Assembly (NCBI GenBank): GCA_963828735.1
Contig: CAWHFW010000005.1
Coordinates: 1,984,001-2,048,000, forward strand
Length of the DNA: 64,000 nt
Direction: 5' to 3'
Source: an uncultured Gemmatimonadales bacterium
GTDB lineage: Bacteria > Gemmatimonadota > Gemmatimonadetes > Gemmatimonadales > GWC2-71-9
The position numbers were made by a program, and so were the translations under genes. Below, one piece after another: positions 27,916 through 40,400 of this stretch. Within the stretch, counting starts at the first letter, position 1. Each line of letters starts with the position of its first letter. The notes beneath the pieces are model-generated. The model made no database searches. It had not been told where the DNA came from and saw only the letters and a program-made list of their open reading frames with translations.

Positions 27916-30597
27916 TCACGCGGGGTTCTCCACCAGCTTCTGGAATCGCGGGTTCTTGCGCAGCGGGTCGAATGTCGGATCGACCCGAAGCCAGCCGGGG
28001 GACAGATTGTAGGGCATCTGGAGCAGGGGCTCGAGGCGGTCGAGCGCCTTCTCGAACTCACCGGTCTCGATGTAGATGCGGACGAGCTGGTGCTGCAGAT
28101 AGGGCCCCGTATAGGTGTCCTTCGATATCGGCAGCAGGGCGACGCCTCGCTCGCCTTCGGCGATCGCCTCGGCCTTGCGGCCCAGGTAGGCGAGGGTGAG
28201 CCCGCGGAAGATGTGGCTCTGCGCGTCGTCCGGGGCGCCGGCCAGGCGCCCTTCGAACGCGACGCGGGCGGAGTCCGAGTAGGCCCGCGTCCTGGGCCGG
28301 TCACCCTGAAGGCGGTAGGTCTGGGCCAGCACGATGGCCCAGGAGGCGCGATCTGTGAAGGCGGAGGGCGTGAGCCGGAGCAGGAGTGCCTGCTGCTCCG
28401 GCGTGAGCAACCAGTAGAGCTCGTAGTAGTTGCCGAAGTAGGCCGCGAGGACGGTCGGGTCGATGCTGGGCGGCGCCTCACGGATCACTCGGCGTGCTCC
28501 CTCCAGGTCGCCTTGTCCGAGAAACACCATCGCCTTGTTCTCGAGCACCTGGACGTTGTCGGGCACGAGGGCGAGCGCGCGATCGCTCGCTGCGAGGGCG
28601 TCCGGATAGCGCCGCAGCCGGAGCAGCGTATAGGCGAGGCGCCGGGCAACCGCGAGCGAGCGAGGGTCCAGCGCCTGCGCCCGGCTGAAGTGTTGGAGCG
28701 CCTCCTCCCACTTGCCGGTGCTGATCTCGACCAAGGCGCTCGCGCCCAGCAGCTCGGCGTCGTTGGGCGATATCCGGAGCCCGGCCTCGTACGCCAGGCG
28801 GGCCTGCTCCTGATCCGGCGGGACGCTGGCGTAGTAGTCGCCGAGGGCGAGATGACCCACGGACTGGTTCTGGGCAAGCCGAAGCGCCCGATCGGCTCCC
28901 TCGCGTGCGCGGCGGGCGCTGGCGGGATCCGGGGTCCCGTTGGCGTAGAGCAGCGAGTGCGCCCGCGACAGCTCCGCCCAGGCCTGGGCAAAGCCGGAGT
29001 CGAGCGCTACCGCCTGCTCGTAGAAGCCGATGGCCGATCGCAGCCGCAGCGGGTCACCCGTGCCCATCGTCTGCGAGGCGGCCTCGCCCTTGAGGTACGC
29101 GTCGTAGGCCGCCGCGTTGTCCGTCGGCTTCGCCGCGAGCGCCGCCCGCTGCGGCGTGCCCATCGCGAGGTCCAGCGCCTGGGCCACCTGTCCCGCCACG
29201 TCGGCCTGGACCTTGAAGACGTCGGTGAGCGCCGCGTCGAACGGCTCCTGCCACTTGGTCGAGCCGGTCGAGACCTGGATCAGCTCTGGGCTCACCCGCA
29301 CGTGATTGGCGCCGTTGGATTTCTCCCACCGGACTGTGCCGGTGAGCAGATAGTCCACGCCCAGGTCGCGCCCGATCTCCTGTGGGCCCTTGGTGGTCTT
29401 CTTGTATTGGTTCGAGCTGCTGCGGGCGGTGACCTGCAGGCCGGGGAGCGCGGCCAGCTTGCCCCGCACCTCGTCGGTGACCCCGTCCGCGAAGTACTCG
29501 TCGTCCGCGCCGCCGAGATTCTCGAACGGCAGGACCGCGAGCCGCTTGGCCCCACCCTCGCCGGGCGTCTCGTTGCCGTGTCGCCGGAGCCAGCCGAACA
29601 GGAGGCCGAGTCCGAGGACGAACCCGAGGGTCAGCGACGTGGCGGCGATCGGCAGCCGCCGGTGCGGTTGGGCAGCTCGTGGCGCGGGCGCCGGGACCGG
29701 AGGGACGGCGGCCGTCGGGGCGGTCGGCGTGGCGGCGACCGGTGTGCGGGCCGTCGGAACAGGAGTGGCGCCCGGAGCGAGTGCCGCCGCGAACTGCGCG
29801 GCGCTGCTGAACCGGTCGGCCGCGGTCCTGGCCAGCGCCCTCTGCAAGGCCTCATCGACTGTGTCCGGCACCGCGTCGCGTAGCTGCCGCACCGGCCGCG
29901 GGGCCTCCATGAACCGCCGGGCAATCATCGCCTGCGCCGTCGGCGCCGCGAACGGTGTCTCCCCGGCCAGCATCTCGTAGAGCACCACCCCGAGCGAATA
30001 GATGTCCGTTCGCGCGTCCAGCTCGCGCTGGCCGCTGGCCTGCTCGGGGCTCATGTAGGCCGGCGTCCCCACGGCCATGCCGGTCTCGGTGAGCTTCTCG
30101 TCGGCGTCCCCCAGCGCGCGCGCGATGCCGAAGTCGGCCACCAGCGCGTGCTGCGTGCTGATGAGGATGTTCTCTGGCTTGATGTCCCGGTGGACGATGC
30201 CGTGGCGGTGGGCGTACTCCAGCGCATCGGCCGTTTCCCGCGCGAATCGCAGCGCGTCCTCGACCGGGAGCTGCTTCTCCCGGGTGAGCCGGTCGCGCAG
30301 GCTCTCGCCCTCGATGAACGGCATCGTGAACCAGAGCTGGCCGGCGGCCTCGCCCGAATCGAGCACGGTGAGGATGTGCGGATGCTGCAGCCGGGCGGCC
30401 AGGCGGATCTCGCGCAGGAACCGGTCGGGGCCGAGCGACGCGGCGAGGTGCGGATGGAGCACCTTGAGCGCGACCGGCCGGTCGTGCCGCAGATCCTGGG
30501 CCAGATAGACCGTCGCCATCCCCCCACGGCCAAGCTCGCGCTCGACCGTATAGCGGCCGTCGAGACCTTCACGAAGTCCCAGCGGCAGCTCGCCCAA
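27916..30597 (-). CDS. Ser/Thr kinase - TM - TolB_N-like - TPR (array paralogue 4)
   Basis: 893 aa, TTG start; same architecture and motifs as paralogues 1-3. Confidence 0.93.
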   Translation of the reverse strand: MGELPLGLREGLDGRYTVERELGRGGMATVYLAQDLRHDRPVALKVLHPHLAASLGPDRFLREIRLAARLQHPHILTVLDSGEAAGQLWFTMPFIEGESLRDRLTREKQLPVEDALRFARETADALEYAHRHGIVHRDIKPENILISTQHALVADFGIARALGDADEKLTETGMAVGTPAYMSPEQASGQRELDARTDIYSLGVVLYEMLAGETPFAAPTAQAMIARRFMEAPRPVRQLRDAVPDTVDEALQRALARTAADRFSSAAQFAAALAPGATPVPTARTPVAATPTAPTAAVPPVPAPAPRAAQPHRRLPIAATSLTLGFVLGLGLLFGWLRRHGNETPGEGGAKRLAVLPFENLGGADDEYFADGVTDEVRGKLAALPGLQVTARSSSNQYKKTTKGPQEIGRDLGVDYLLTGTVRWEKSNGANHVRVSPELIQVSTGSTKWQEPFDAALTDVFKVQADVAGQVAQALDLAMGTPQRAALAAKPTDNAAAYDAYLKGEAASQTMGTGDPLRLRSAIGFYEQAVALDSGFAQAWAELSRAHSLLYANGTPDPASARRAREGADRALRLAQNQSVGHLALGDYYASVPPDQEQARLAYEAGLRISPNDAELLGASALVEISTGKWEEALQHFSRAQALDPRSLAVARRLAYTLLRLRRYPDALAASDRALALVPDNVQVLENKAMVFLGQGDLEGARRVIREAPPSIDPTVLAAYFGNYYELYWLLTPEQQALLLRLTPSAFTDRASWAIVLAQTYRLQGDRPRTRAYSDSARVAFEGRLAGAPDDAQSHIFRGLTLAYLGRKAEAIAEGERGVALLPISKDTYTGPYLQHQLVRIYIETGEFEKALDRLEPLLQMPYNLSPGWLRVDPTFDPLRKNPRFQKLVENPA

Positions 30598-30762
30598 GGG
30601 GCGCTCCCGGTGCGCATCTAGGTTGAAAGGGTGGGGTCGTACAGGACGCTATAAGTAAACGAGATGCGCAGGCCTGCGCCAGCGGCAAAACCGGTCGCAT
30701 TTCCGACCCGAATCCAACCGGTTTCCGGGGCGGCGTACCTGCCGTCCGACCGTCCCACCGTA

Positions 30763-31725
30763 CTATCTCACCTCGAACTCCCCTCGGCATCCCTTGGCGA
30801 CCCAGATCGCCCCGGTCACGGTGCCCCAGGAGTCGTTCCGCACGCACGGCTGGGCGCCGAGCTGCCGGATGAGCTGCACCTGGCCGGAGTTCCGGATCTC
30901 GCACTCGGTGCGTTGCCCGTCCCTGGACTCGCAGGTCACCCGGTTCGGGAGGACGTTGCCGCTTTCCGGCGCGCTCACGGTCTCCGCGCTCACGGTCTCG
31001 AAGACGGCCCGGCATCCGCGATCCACCCAGACGAAGTTCGGCACGATGCCGTAGGACACGTTGACGGTGCAAGGCAGGTCGGTCATCTGGCCGGCGAAGC
31101 GCACCTGGGTCCCGGCCGGCACCGGGCACTGCTGCCGGCCGTTGGTCGGCGAGCTGCAGGTGATACGCATGCCGCCCCCGCCCCCGCCCCCGACCGGGCC
31201 CGGCATCGCGACGTCGAACTCGGCGCGGCAGCCGCCCGAGACCCAGATGTACTCGGCGGTCTGGGCGTAGGAGTCGTTGAGCCGGCAGGCGTTGTCGCTC
31301 AGCTGGCGGGCCAGGGTGACCCGGGCGCCGGTGGGAATTCGGCACTCGACGCGCTCGGTGTGGCGTGATTCGCAGGTGATGCGGGTGGTGGTGCCGGTAC
31401 TCGTCCCTGTCGCGGCGGGGTCGTCCCGGGTGAACGAGAGGATGTTGCCGGAGGAGGTCACCGTGCAGATGCCGGTCTCGGTTCCGGCGCGCCAGCGGAT
31501 GGTGGCCGCGTCGCGGTCGCGGGTATCGGGCGCGGCCTGGACCTGCGCGGCTTCGATCTGGTCGTAGGAGTAGTTCGGGAGGCGCCGGTCGGCCTCGGAC
31601 CGGCACATGCGGACCTGGTACGCGCTGACGGTGGTGTAGCTCTGCGCCTTGGCGGGCGATACGAGCGGGGGAACGATCCCGATCGCGAGGCACCATGCCA
31701 TCACCAATGCCGTACGCCGCCCCAT
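30763..31725 (-). CDS. Secreted Cys-rich DUF3011-type repeat protein (3 repeats)
   Basis: ATG 31725 after GGAGGG; signal peptide; three units R(I/V)TC(E/S)S...C....V....Q....C....S.....WV..GCR..F. Confidence 0.85.
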   Translation of the reverse strand: MGRRTALVMAWCLAIGIVPPLVSPAKAQSYTTVSAYQVRMCRSEADRRLPNYSYDQIEAAQVQAAPDTRDRDAATIRWRAGTETGICTVTSSGNILSFTRDDPAATGTSTGTTTRITCESRHTERVECRIPTGARVTLARQLSDNACRLNDSYAQTAEYIWVSGGCRAEFDVAMPGPVGGGGGGGMRITCSSPTNGRQQCPVPAGTQVRFAGQMTDLPCTVNVSYGIVPNFVWVDRGCRAVFETVSAETVSAPESGNVLPNRVTCESRDGQRTECEIRNSGQVQLIRQLGAQPCVRNDSWGTVTGAIWVAKGCRGEFEVR

Positions 31726-31819
31726 GCGACACCCTCCATCGTCGTCGGGTCGAGGCCGAGCTGGACCGCGTGTAGCGGGTACCACGCGTACTAATAGTAG
31801 CGTGGCTTCCGCAGCACCC

Positions 31820-34488
<2,669 letters not shown>

Positions 34489-34637
34489 AGGGGGCCGGTA
34501 TGGGAAGTAGGGGAACTACATCACTATAGTAGAGCCGACGGGCGGCGGAGGGTAGCCATGGCCGCGCGAGCCTGGCACGTGGGCATGCCCCCGCCCGCTG
34601 CTCGCCTTGTCCTTTCCACGCGAGGCTGTGGATCGCT

Positions 34638-35033
34638 TCAGGGCCCGACCGTGATCGTCCCCACCATGTTCGGGTGGATCGCGCAGTGATAGCCGTAGGT
34701 GCCCGCCTGCAGTTGCACCAGGTATGTGGCCCCCGCCCCCAGCGGCTGCGAGGTGGCGAACGCCCCATTGTCCGAGGCAATCTGATGGGCCACCGCCGTG
34801 CCGCCGTACGCGCCCCCGCCGTCCGTGTTGACCCAGCGCACGGTCACGTCGGCCGCTTCGCCCAGGCTGAGCTGCTTGGGGTTGGGGCTGAACGCCGTCG
34901 TGGTGAGCTGAGACGCGCCCTTCACGATGTCGATGTCCCCCGGCGTGGGACTCGGTCCGGTGCTGTTGTCGGACCCGCAGGCGGCCGCGAGACCCAGGCT
35001 CAGCGCGTAGATCGCGATTGGCAGTCGGTGCAT
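34638..35033 (-). CDS. Cupredoxin (plastocyanin/amicyanin-like) lipoprotein
   Basis: Lipobox LAAAC; FSP, VRWVN, upstream His (AHQI) and type-1 Cu loop YHCAIHPNMVGTITV. Confidence 0.88.
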   Translation of the reverse strand: MHRLPIAIYALSLGLAAACGSDNSTGPSPTPGDIDIVKGASQLTTTAFSPNPKQLSLGEAADVTVRWVNTDGGGAYGGTAVAHQIASDNGAFATSQPLGAGATYLVQLQAGTYGYHCAIHPNMVGTITVGP

Positions 35034-35097
35034 CGTGCGTCATCCTTCCCGTTCGATGGTGGTCGTCGGCGATAATGATGCGCCGCACAGGCGCGCG

Positions 35098-35134
35098 GAT
35101 AGCTCTCCGCCGACAGCTCTCCGCCGATAGCTCC
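35098..35134. repeat. 14-bp tandem repeat, about 2.6 copies (GAYAGCTCTCCGCC)
   Basis: GATAGCTCTCCGCC GACAGCTCTCCGCC GATAGCTCC between the MipA stop and the cupredoxin start. Confidence 0.9.
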
Positions 35135-35974
35135 TTAGAACCGGTACCCCACCCCCGCTCCGCCCGCGACCTGCTCGCGGCGCCGCACCAACGGGCTGTT
35201 GGCGGCCGCGTCGGCAAGCCACTCCAATCCCCCGAATCCGATCAGAGACCAGCGAGGCGAAACGGAGTAGATGAGCGAGAGCCCGACGCCGAGGTGACGC
35301 AGTCCTCCGTCCGGCCGATACGGGCCGCTGTCGTCGGGTTCCAGTCGCCCGTCTCCCGCGTCGATGAGCGCCTGCCGCCGTGCCGCTTCGGCGTCGGTGA
35401 TCCCGAATTCCCGCCGCATCTGCTTGCCATCGGCGAGCGCCGCTCCGGCCCCGGCGACCAGCAAGGTTCTGCCGACCAGCCTGGTATAGACGATGCGCGT
35501 GGTCTGGATCAAGCCGGCGCCATCGTTCACGCCCTTCGACACGGCGACGATCCCCTCGAAGGCCCCGGTGCGATAGCTGAGGCTCGCGCCTGCGGTGGCG
35601 ACGGCGTCGCGGTCGTCCATCTCCGCGAGGGCATCCCCGCGTGACGCCGGGCGGCTGTCCTGCGCGCCGAGCTCGACGGCGAGCCTCACGTGCGACGTCC
35701 GGATGGGGTACGCGCCCAGCGCGAATCCGAGCCCGGTGCTGCTGGGGCCGAGATAGACTCGATCGCGGAAGCTCGCGCTGACCAGCGGGTACGGCACCAC
35801 CCGTGATTCGTCCGAGCCGGGATAGCGCGGGTAGGTGAGGACCCCCGCGCCCACGTTGATGTTCCAATCGGGAGCCGGAGGCTGTGAGTCCTGCGCCTGC
35901 CCGGCGCCCGACTCCTGTGCGAGGAGCCGGACCGGAACGGCCAGGGCGAGGACGATCGTGGGCCTGATTCGCAT
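35135..35974 (-). CDS. MipA/OmpV family outer-membrane protein
   Basis: Signal peptide; VGAGVLTYPRYPGSD...VVPYP, FGITDAEA, Y.PDGG, AANSPLV, terminal GVGYRF. Confidence 0.88.
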   Translation of the reverse strand: MRIRPTIVLALAVPVRLLAQESGAGQAQDSQPPAPDWNINVGAGVLTYPRYPGSDESRVVPYPLVSASFRDRVYLGPSSTGLGFALGAYPIRTSHVRLAVELGAQDSRPASRGDALAEMDDRDAVATAGASLSYRTGAFEGIVAVSKGVNDGAGLIQTTRIVYTRLVGRTLLVAGAGAALADGKQMRREFGITDAEAARRQALIDAGDGRLEPDDSGPYRPDGGLRHLGVGLSLIYSVSPRWSLIGFGGLEWLADAAANSPLVRRREQVAGGAGVGYRF

Positions 35975-36046
35975 GCGCTGTTCCTGCGGCTCCGGAGAAC
36001 GAACTGCGCCACGCACGAGCGACTGTGCCGGCGCCGCGGACTCCGG

Positions 36047-38779
36047 CTACTGCGCGGCCAGCTTCTCGAACCGCGGATTCTTCCGCACCGGATCGAACGT
36101 GGGATCGATCCGGAGCCAGCCCGGCGTCAGGTGATACGGAATCCTGAGCAGCGGCTCGAGCTGATCGAGCGCCTTCTCCGGCTCCCCCACGAGCAGGTAG
36201 ATCCGGACCAGCTGCAGCTGAATGTACGGGCCGCCGAAGCCGTCCTTCGAGACCGGATTCAGCTCCACACCCCTGAGGCCCTCGCGGATGGCCTCGTCCT
36301 TCCGGCCGAGATAGGCGAGCACGATACCATGGAGTGAGTGGAGCTGCGCGTTGTCCGGCGTCGCCCGCAGCAGCGCCTCGAAGTCGATGCGCGCCGAGTC
36401 GGCGTACGCGCGGGCGCGAGACTGGTCCCCGCGGGCCGCGTAGACTTCGGCCAGCACGATCGCCCAGCTGGACCGACTGTTGTCGAACGCCCCGGGCGTG
36501 AGCCGGAGCAGGAGCTGCTGCTGATCGTCGTCCAGGATCCAGTACAGGTCGTCGTAGTTGGCGAAGAAGGCGACCAGCGACGCGGGCTCCACGACGCGCG
36601 GTACCGCGTGCATGACCCGCTGCGCGCCCGCGAGGTCTCCCTGCTGCAGGTAGATCTGCATCTTGCCCATCACCACGACCAGGTTGGACGGAGCCAACGC
36701 GAGCCCCCGGTCCGCCATGGCCAGGGCCTCGGGGTAGCGCCGCCGCCAGGCCAGCACCCGGGCCAGGCGCCGCGTCGTCGGCACTGAGCCTGGGTCCAGG
36801 GCCCGGGCTCGTTGGTAGTGCTCCTCGGCCGCGTCCCACCGGCCCAAGCGCTCCTCGACGAAGGCCTCCGCCGCGAGCAGGTCGGCGTTGTTCGGGGTGA
36901 CGCGTTGTCCCTGGGTGTATTGGTCCAGGGCGCGGGCGAAGTCGACGGCCGCGGTCTCATAGTACTTGCCCATGGCCAGGTGGGCCTCGGGACTCTGGGG
37001 CGCGAGCGCAACGACCCGCTGCGCGCCGGCCAGCGCCGCTTGGCCGTTCTCCGGCGTCGGCTCTCCCAGGACGTAGAGAAGGGAGTGTGCCTGGGAGAGC
37101 CGGGCCCACGCGAGCGCGAAGGTGGAGTCGAGCGCCACCGCCTGCTCGTAGTAGCCGAGCGCCCGGCGTAGCAGGACCGGGTCGATGACCGCGAGGCCGT
37201 TGGAGATCTCCTCCGCTTTCAGGTAGGCGTCGTAGGCCGCGAGATTCCTGGTCGGCTTCTCCTCGAGCGCCTTGCGCTCGCCCGAGCCGAGCGTCGCGCC
37301 GAGCGCCTGCGCCACCCGCGTGGCGACATCGGCCTGGACCTGGAACACGTCGGTCATCGAGGCGTCGAACGGCTCCTGCCAGCGGGTCCGCGGAGCGCTG
37401 CCCGACGAGACTTCGACCAGCTCGGGGCTCACCTGCACCCGGTTGGCGCCGCCCGCCCCCTTCTCCCATCGCACGGTGCCGGTCAGCAGGTAGCGTGCGC
37501 CCAGCTCGCGGGCGATCTGCTGCGGCGACTTGTCGGCCTTCTTGTACGGCACCGAGCTGCTGCGGGCGATCACCTGCACGCTGGGGATCGCGGCGAGCTT
37601 CCCCCGCACGGCGTCCGTCACCCCATCGGCGAAGTACTCGTCCTCGCTGGGACCCAGGTTCTCGAACGGGAGCACCGCGAGCACGGTCGAGCCGCCGGCC
37701 CCCGCGGCGGTCTCACCGCCGGAGTGCCGCCAGGCGAAGAGGATTCCGACACCGATGAGCAGCCCGACCACCAGCGCGGCGGCCGTGGCGGGGAATCGGC
37801 GGGTTCGTGCCGGGGGCACGACCGGAGCAGGGAAGGGGGCATCGGCGCGCGCCTCGGCGGGCGCAGGCGGAGCGACCGCGACAGTGGCCCCCGACGTCGT
37901 TCCGGTCGGCGCGGCCTGCAGCGCCTGGGCGAACTGGGCAGCGGTGGCAAACCGGTCCGCCGCGATCGGCGCCAGCGCGCGCCGAATCGCCTGGTCCACC
38001 GGCTCCGGCACGTTGGGCCGCACCGACCGCACGCTCGGCGGCGGCTCGGTCAGGCGCTTCACGATCATCGCCTGCGCCGTGGCGCCGGTGAACGGCGCCT
38101 CGCCGGCCAGCATCTCGTACAGCACCGCGCCCAGACTGTAGATGTCGGTGCGGACGTCGAGGCCCTTGTCCCCACTCGCCTGCTCCGGGCTCATGTAGGC
38201 CGGCGTGCCCACCACGAGGCCCGTCTCGGTGAGCCGCGCCTCGTCCTTCCCAGCCTCGAGCGCCCGCGCGATCCCGAAGTCGGCCACCAGGGTGTTGCCG
38301 TCCCGGGTGAGGAGGAGATTCTCCGGCTTGACGTCCCGATGAATCACACCAGCCTCGTGCGCGTACTGCAGCGCCTGCGCCGCCTCGCGCGCGATGCGCA
38401 AGGCGTCCTCCACCGGCAGTTGCCGCTCGCGCATGAGCCGGGCGCGGAGCGACTCGCCGTCCACATACGGCATGGTGAACCACAGCCGGGATCCACCCGC
38501 TTCCCGGGTACCCGCCTCGGCCGTCGTGGTCTGCCCCGAGTCCAGCACGGTCAGGATGTGGGGATGCTGCAGCCGGGCGGCCAGCCGGATCTCGCGCTGG
38601 AAGCGCTCCGGGCCGAGCACCTGGCCCAGCTCGGCATGGAGCACCTTGAGGGCGACGGGACGGTCGTGCTTGAGGTCGCGGGCGAGATAGACCGTGGCCA
38701 TGCCGCCGCGGCCGAGCTCGCGCTCGAGCACGTAGCTGGGGGCCAAGGATGCCTGGAGCTGCTCCCGCAAGTCGCTCAT
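36047..38779 (-). CDS. Ser/Thr kinase - TM - TolB_N-like - TPR (array paralogue 6)
   Basis: ATG 38779 (MSDLREQLQ); HRDVKPEN, DFG, TM, LAVLPFENLG, TPRs, end DPTFDPVRKNPRF. Confidence 0.93.
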   Translation of the reverse strand: MSDLREQLQASLAPSYVLERELGRGGMATVYLARDLKHDRPVALKVLHAELGQVLGPERFQREIRLAARLQHPHILTVLDSGQTTTAEAGTREAGGSRLWFTMPYVDGESLRARLMRERQLPVEDALRIAREAAQALQYAHEAGVIHRDVKPENLLLTRDGNTLVADFGIARALEAGKDEARLTETGLVVGTPAYMSPEQASGDKGLDVRTDIYSLGAVLYEMLAGEAPFTGATAQAMIVKRLTEPPPSVRSVRPNVPEPVDQAIRRALAPIAADRFATAAQFAQALQAAPTGTTSGATVAVAPPAPAEARADAPFPAPVVPPARTRRFPATAAALVVGLLIGVGILFAWRHSGGETAAGAGGSTVLAVLPFENLGPSEDEYFADGVTDAVRGKLAAIPSVQVIARSSSVPYKKADKSPQQIARELGARYLLTGTVRWEKGAGGANRVQVSPELVEVSSGSAPRTRWQEPFDASMTDVFQVQADVATRVAQALGATLGSGERKALEEKPTRNLAAYDAYLKAEEISNGLAVIDPVLLRRALGYYEQAVALDSTFALAWARLSQAHSLLYVLGEPTPENGQAALAGAQRVVALAPQSPEAHLAMGKYYETAAVDFARALDQYTQGQRVTPNNADLLAAEAFVEERLGRWDAAEEHYQRARALDPGSVPTTRRLARVLAWRRRYPEALAMADRGLALAPSNLVVVMGKMQIYLQQGDLAGAQRVMHAVPRVVEPASLVAFFANYDDLYWILDDDQQQLLLRLTPGAFDNSRSSWAIVLAEVYAARGDQSRARAYADSARIDFEALLRATPDNAQLHSLHGIVLAYLGRKDEAIREGLRGVELNPVSKDGFGGPYIQLQLVRIYLLVGEPEKALDQLEPLLRIPYHLTPGWLRIDPTFDPVRKNPRFEKLAAQ

Positions 38780-38985
38780 CGGTGGGGTTGGTGTGGGGGG
38801 ATTGCCGTGCCACGCCAATAGTAGAGGAATGCGGCGGGTGGGGGAAGGTGATCGCGCGGTGGAACCCTCTCGCGGGTGTGAGGTTAGTCGCCGGCACCCG
38901 CACTCGGCGGTTCGACCCCGACGGAATGGCGGCCGCAAACGCCGGTTGCCATCGAGGTCGCGCCGCCCCGGAGCAAGGCGCCTGG

Positions 38986-40185
38986 TCACGGATGGCAGAC
39001 GATGTCCTGATCGTACTGGGTGATGTCGCCCGGGCCGACCTTGAGCCGCACCGTCTTCCGACCCCGGCCCGCCACGTTCTCCGGCAGCTCGTGCTGCATC
39101 GCGATGCCCTCTACCTGCCCGCCACCGTCGTCGTACCGGGTGATCTGGTGATCCGCGACCTCCGCCTCGTAGGGCTCGCCGGCAGGCGCACCGGTGGCCG
39201 GATCCACTGGCGTCAGGCGGAGGCGGCCCGAGGCGTGGAACTCACTCACGAGTGCGCCCGACGGATTCACCCGCACCTCCTTGCGCAGCTCGACCGGCCC
39301 CTGCGCGTGCAAATACTCATCGGCGCTCGCCGTGCAGAAAGGCCTGGGAATGATCTGGTCGAAGTTGATCACGAACTGCTGCGTCGTCCCGACTGCCGCT
39401 GGCGCGCTCCCGCCCAGGGCAAACCGGGTGGCCCGTCCGTCCGTGGCGATGCCGACCGGCCCGCTCACCTGGCCCGCGGGGCCGCCGATGAGGGCGCGCA
39501 GCTCCGGCGGCAGCAGGTTGTAGATGGTCGGGGGGATCTCGCGGAACGTGGGTGCTCCGTTGATCTGTGCTGTCGGTGCGGGCGCCGCCGCCAAGAGCCC
39601 GCTCCTCGCCAGGTCCGCCGTCACCAGTTGCTCCGCCAGCTCCCAGCTCAGCACCTGATGGTCCGTGGTGCCGGGAATGAGCAGCTCGAAGTGCGCGTTG
39701 CCGAGCGTGAGCGGGCCCGCCTGAAACAGGCGAACGTGGAAGCGCACGGGACCGAACACGCCGCACGCCAGCTGCACGGCGCTCCCGACCCAGCCGCGTT
39801 CGGCGCCATAGCCGGTCTGGAGATCACCGATCGCGTCAGTCCAGGTACAGGTGAACGGCGCGACCGACGGGAAGCCGAACGCGGTCCGGTCACCCGATAG
39901 CGCGAGGAGTGCGGCGCGGATGGCGCGAGGATCCGCCCGACCGCTGAAGACGAGGTTGATCGGATCCTGCGGTGTGCCCGAGAAATCGGCTCCGGTGTAG
40001 GGCCAGATCGCGAGGGAGCCCGGGTCGGCTGGAAGCGAGACCAGTGTAAGCGGTGGCGCCGCCTGCGCGCCTAGGGACGGACCGGCCGGGTCGGCAGGAG
40101 GCGTGTCGCGATCGCAGGCCGCGAGGGCGCACGAGAGCAGGAGTGCGGCGGCGACACGGCCGCGGAAGAACTGTGAAGGCTGCAT
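38986..40185 (-). CDS. Hypothetical lipoprotein (399 aa)
   Basis: ATG 40185 after GGAG; lipobox ALAAC; globular body (QDPINLVF...RFHVRLF...NAHFE); no family recognised with confidence. Confidence 0.8.
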   Translation of the reverse strand: MQPSQFFRGRVAAALLLSCALAACDRDTPPADPAGPSLGAQAAPPLTLVSLPADPGSLAIWPYTGADFSGTPQDPINLVFSGRADPRAIRAALLALSGDRTAFGFPSVAPFTCTWTDAIGDLQTGYGAERGWVGSAVQLACGVFGPVRFHVRLFQAGPLTLGNAHFELLIPGTTDHQVLSWELAEQLVTADLARSGLLAAAPAPTAQINGAPTFREIPPTIYNLLPPELRALIGGPAGQVSGPVGIATDGRATRFALGGSAPAAVGTTQQFVINFDQIIPRPFCTASADEYLHAQGPVELRKEVRVNPSGALVSEFHASGRLRLTPVDPATGAPAGEPYEAEVADHQITRYDDGGGQVEGIAMQHELPENVAGRGRKTVRLKVGPGDITQYDQDIVCHP

Positions 40186-40228
40186 GGAGACGCTCCGGGC
40201 GATGGGGGAAGCCAGCGTGCGACGCGAA

Positions 40229-40260
40229 ATCCTGGCTTCCGCGGTCAAGCGATGGTCAAG
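40229..40260 (-). promoter_or_regulatory. SARP-type direct repeat box 1 plus -10-like hexamer
   Basis: Minus strand CTTGACC-atcg-CTTGACC (40260-40254, 40249-40243), 8 nt, then CAGGAT; upstream of ATG 40185. Confidence 0.7.
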
Positions 40261-40400
40261 TCAGGGGATCAGGAGGAACCGGCAGGCCCTGACGGTCGCG
40301 GGACGAGCGCCAGGCGAATCGCGCGGGCAGGCTGCCCGCTCGGACATGGGGCTTGTCCGGGAGTAGGCGCGAAGGTTGTAACGGAGGGCTCGAGCGGCGG

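Noticed and set aside
30742..30763. Short 8-bp-period CCGTCC repeats (similar at ~6773-6788)
   Set aside because: Only 2-3 degenerate copies in GC-rich DNA; too weak to support alone.
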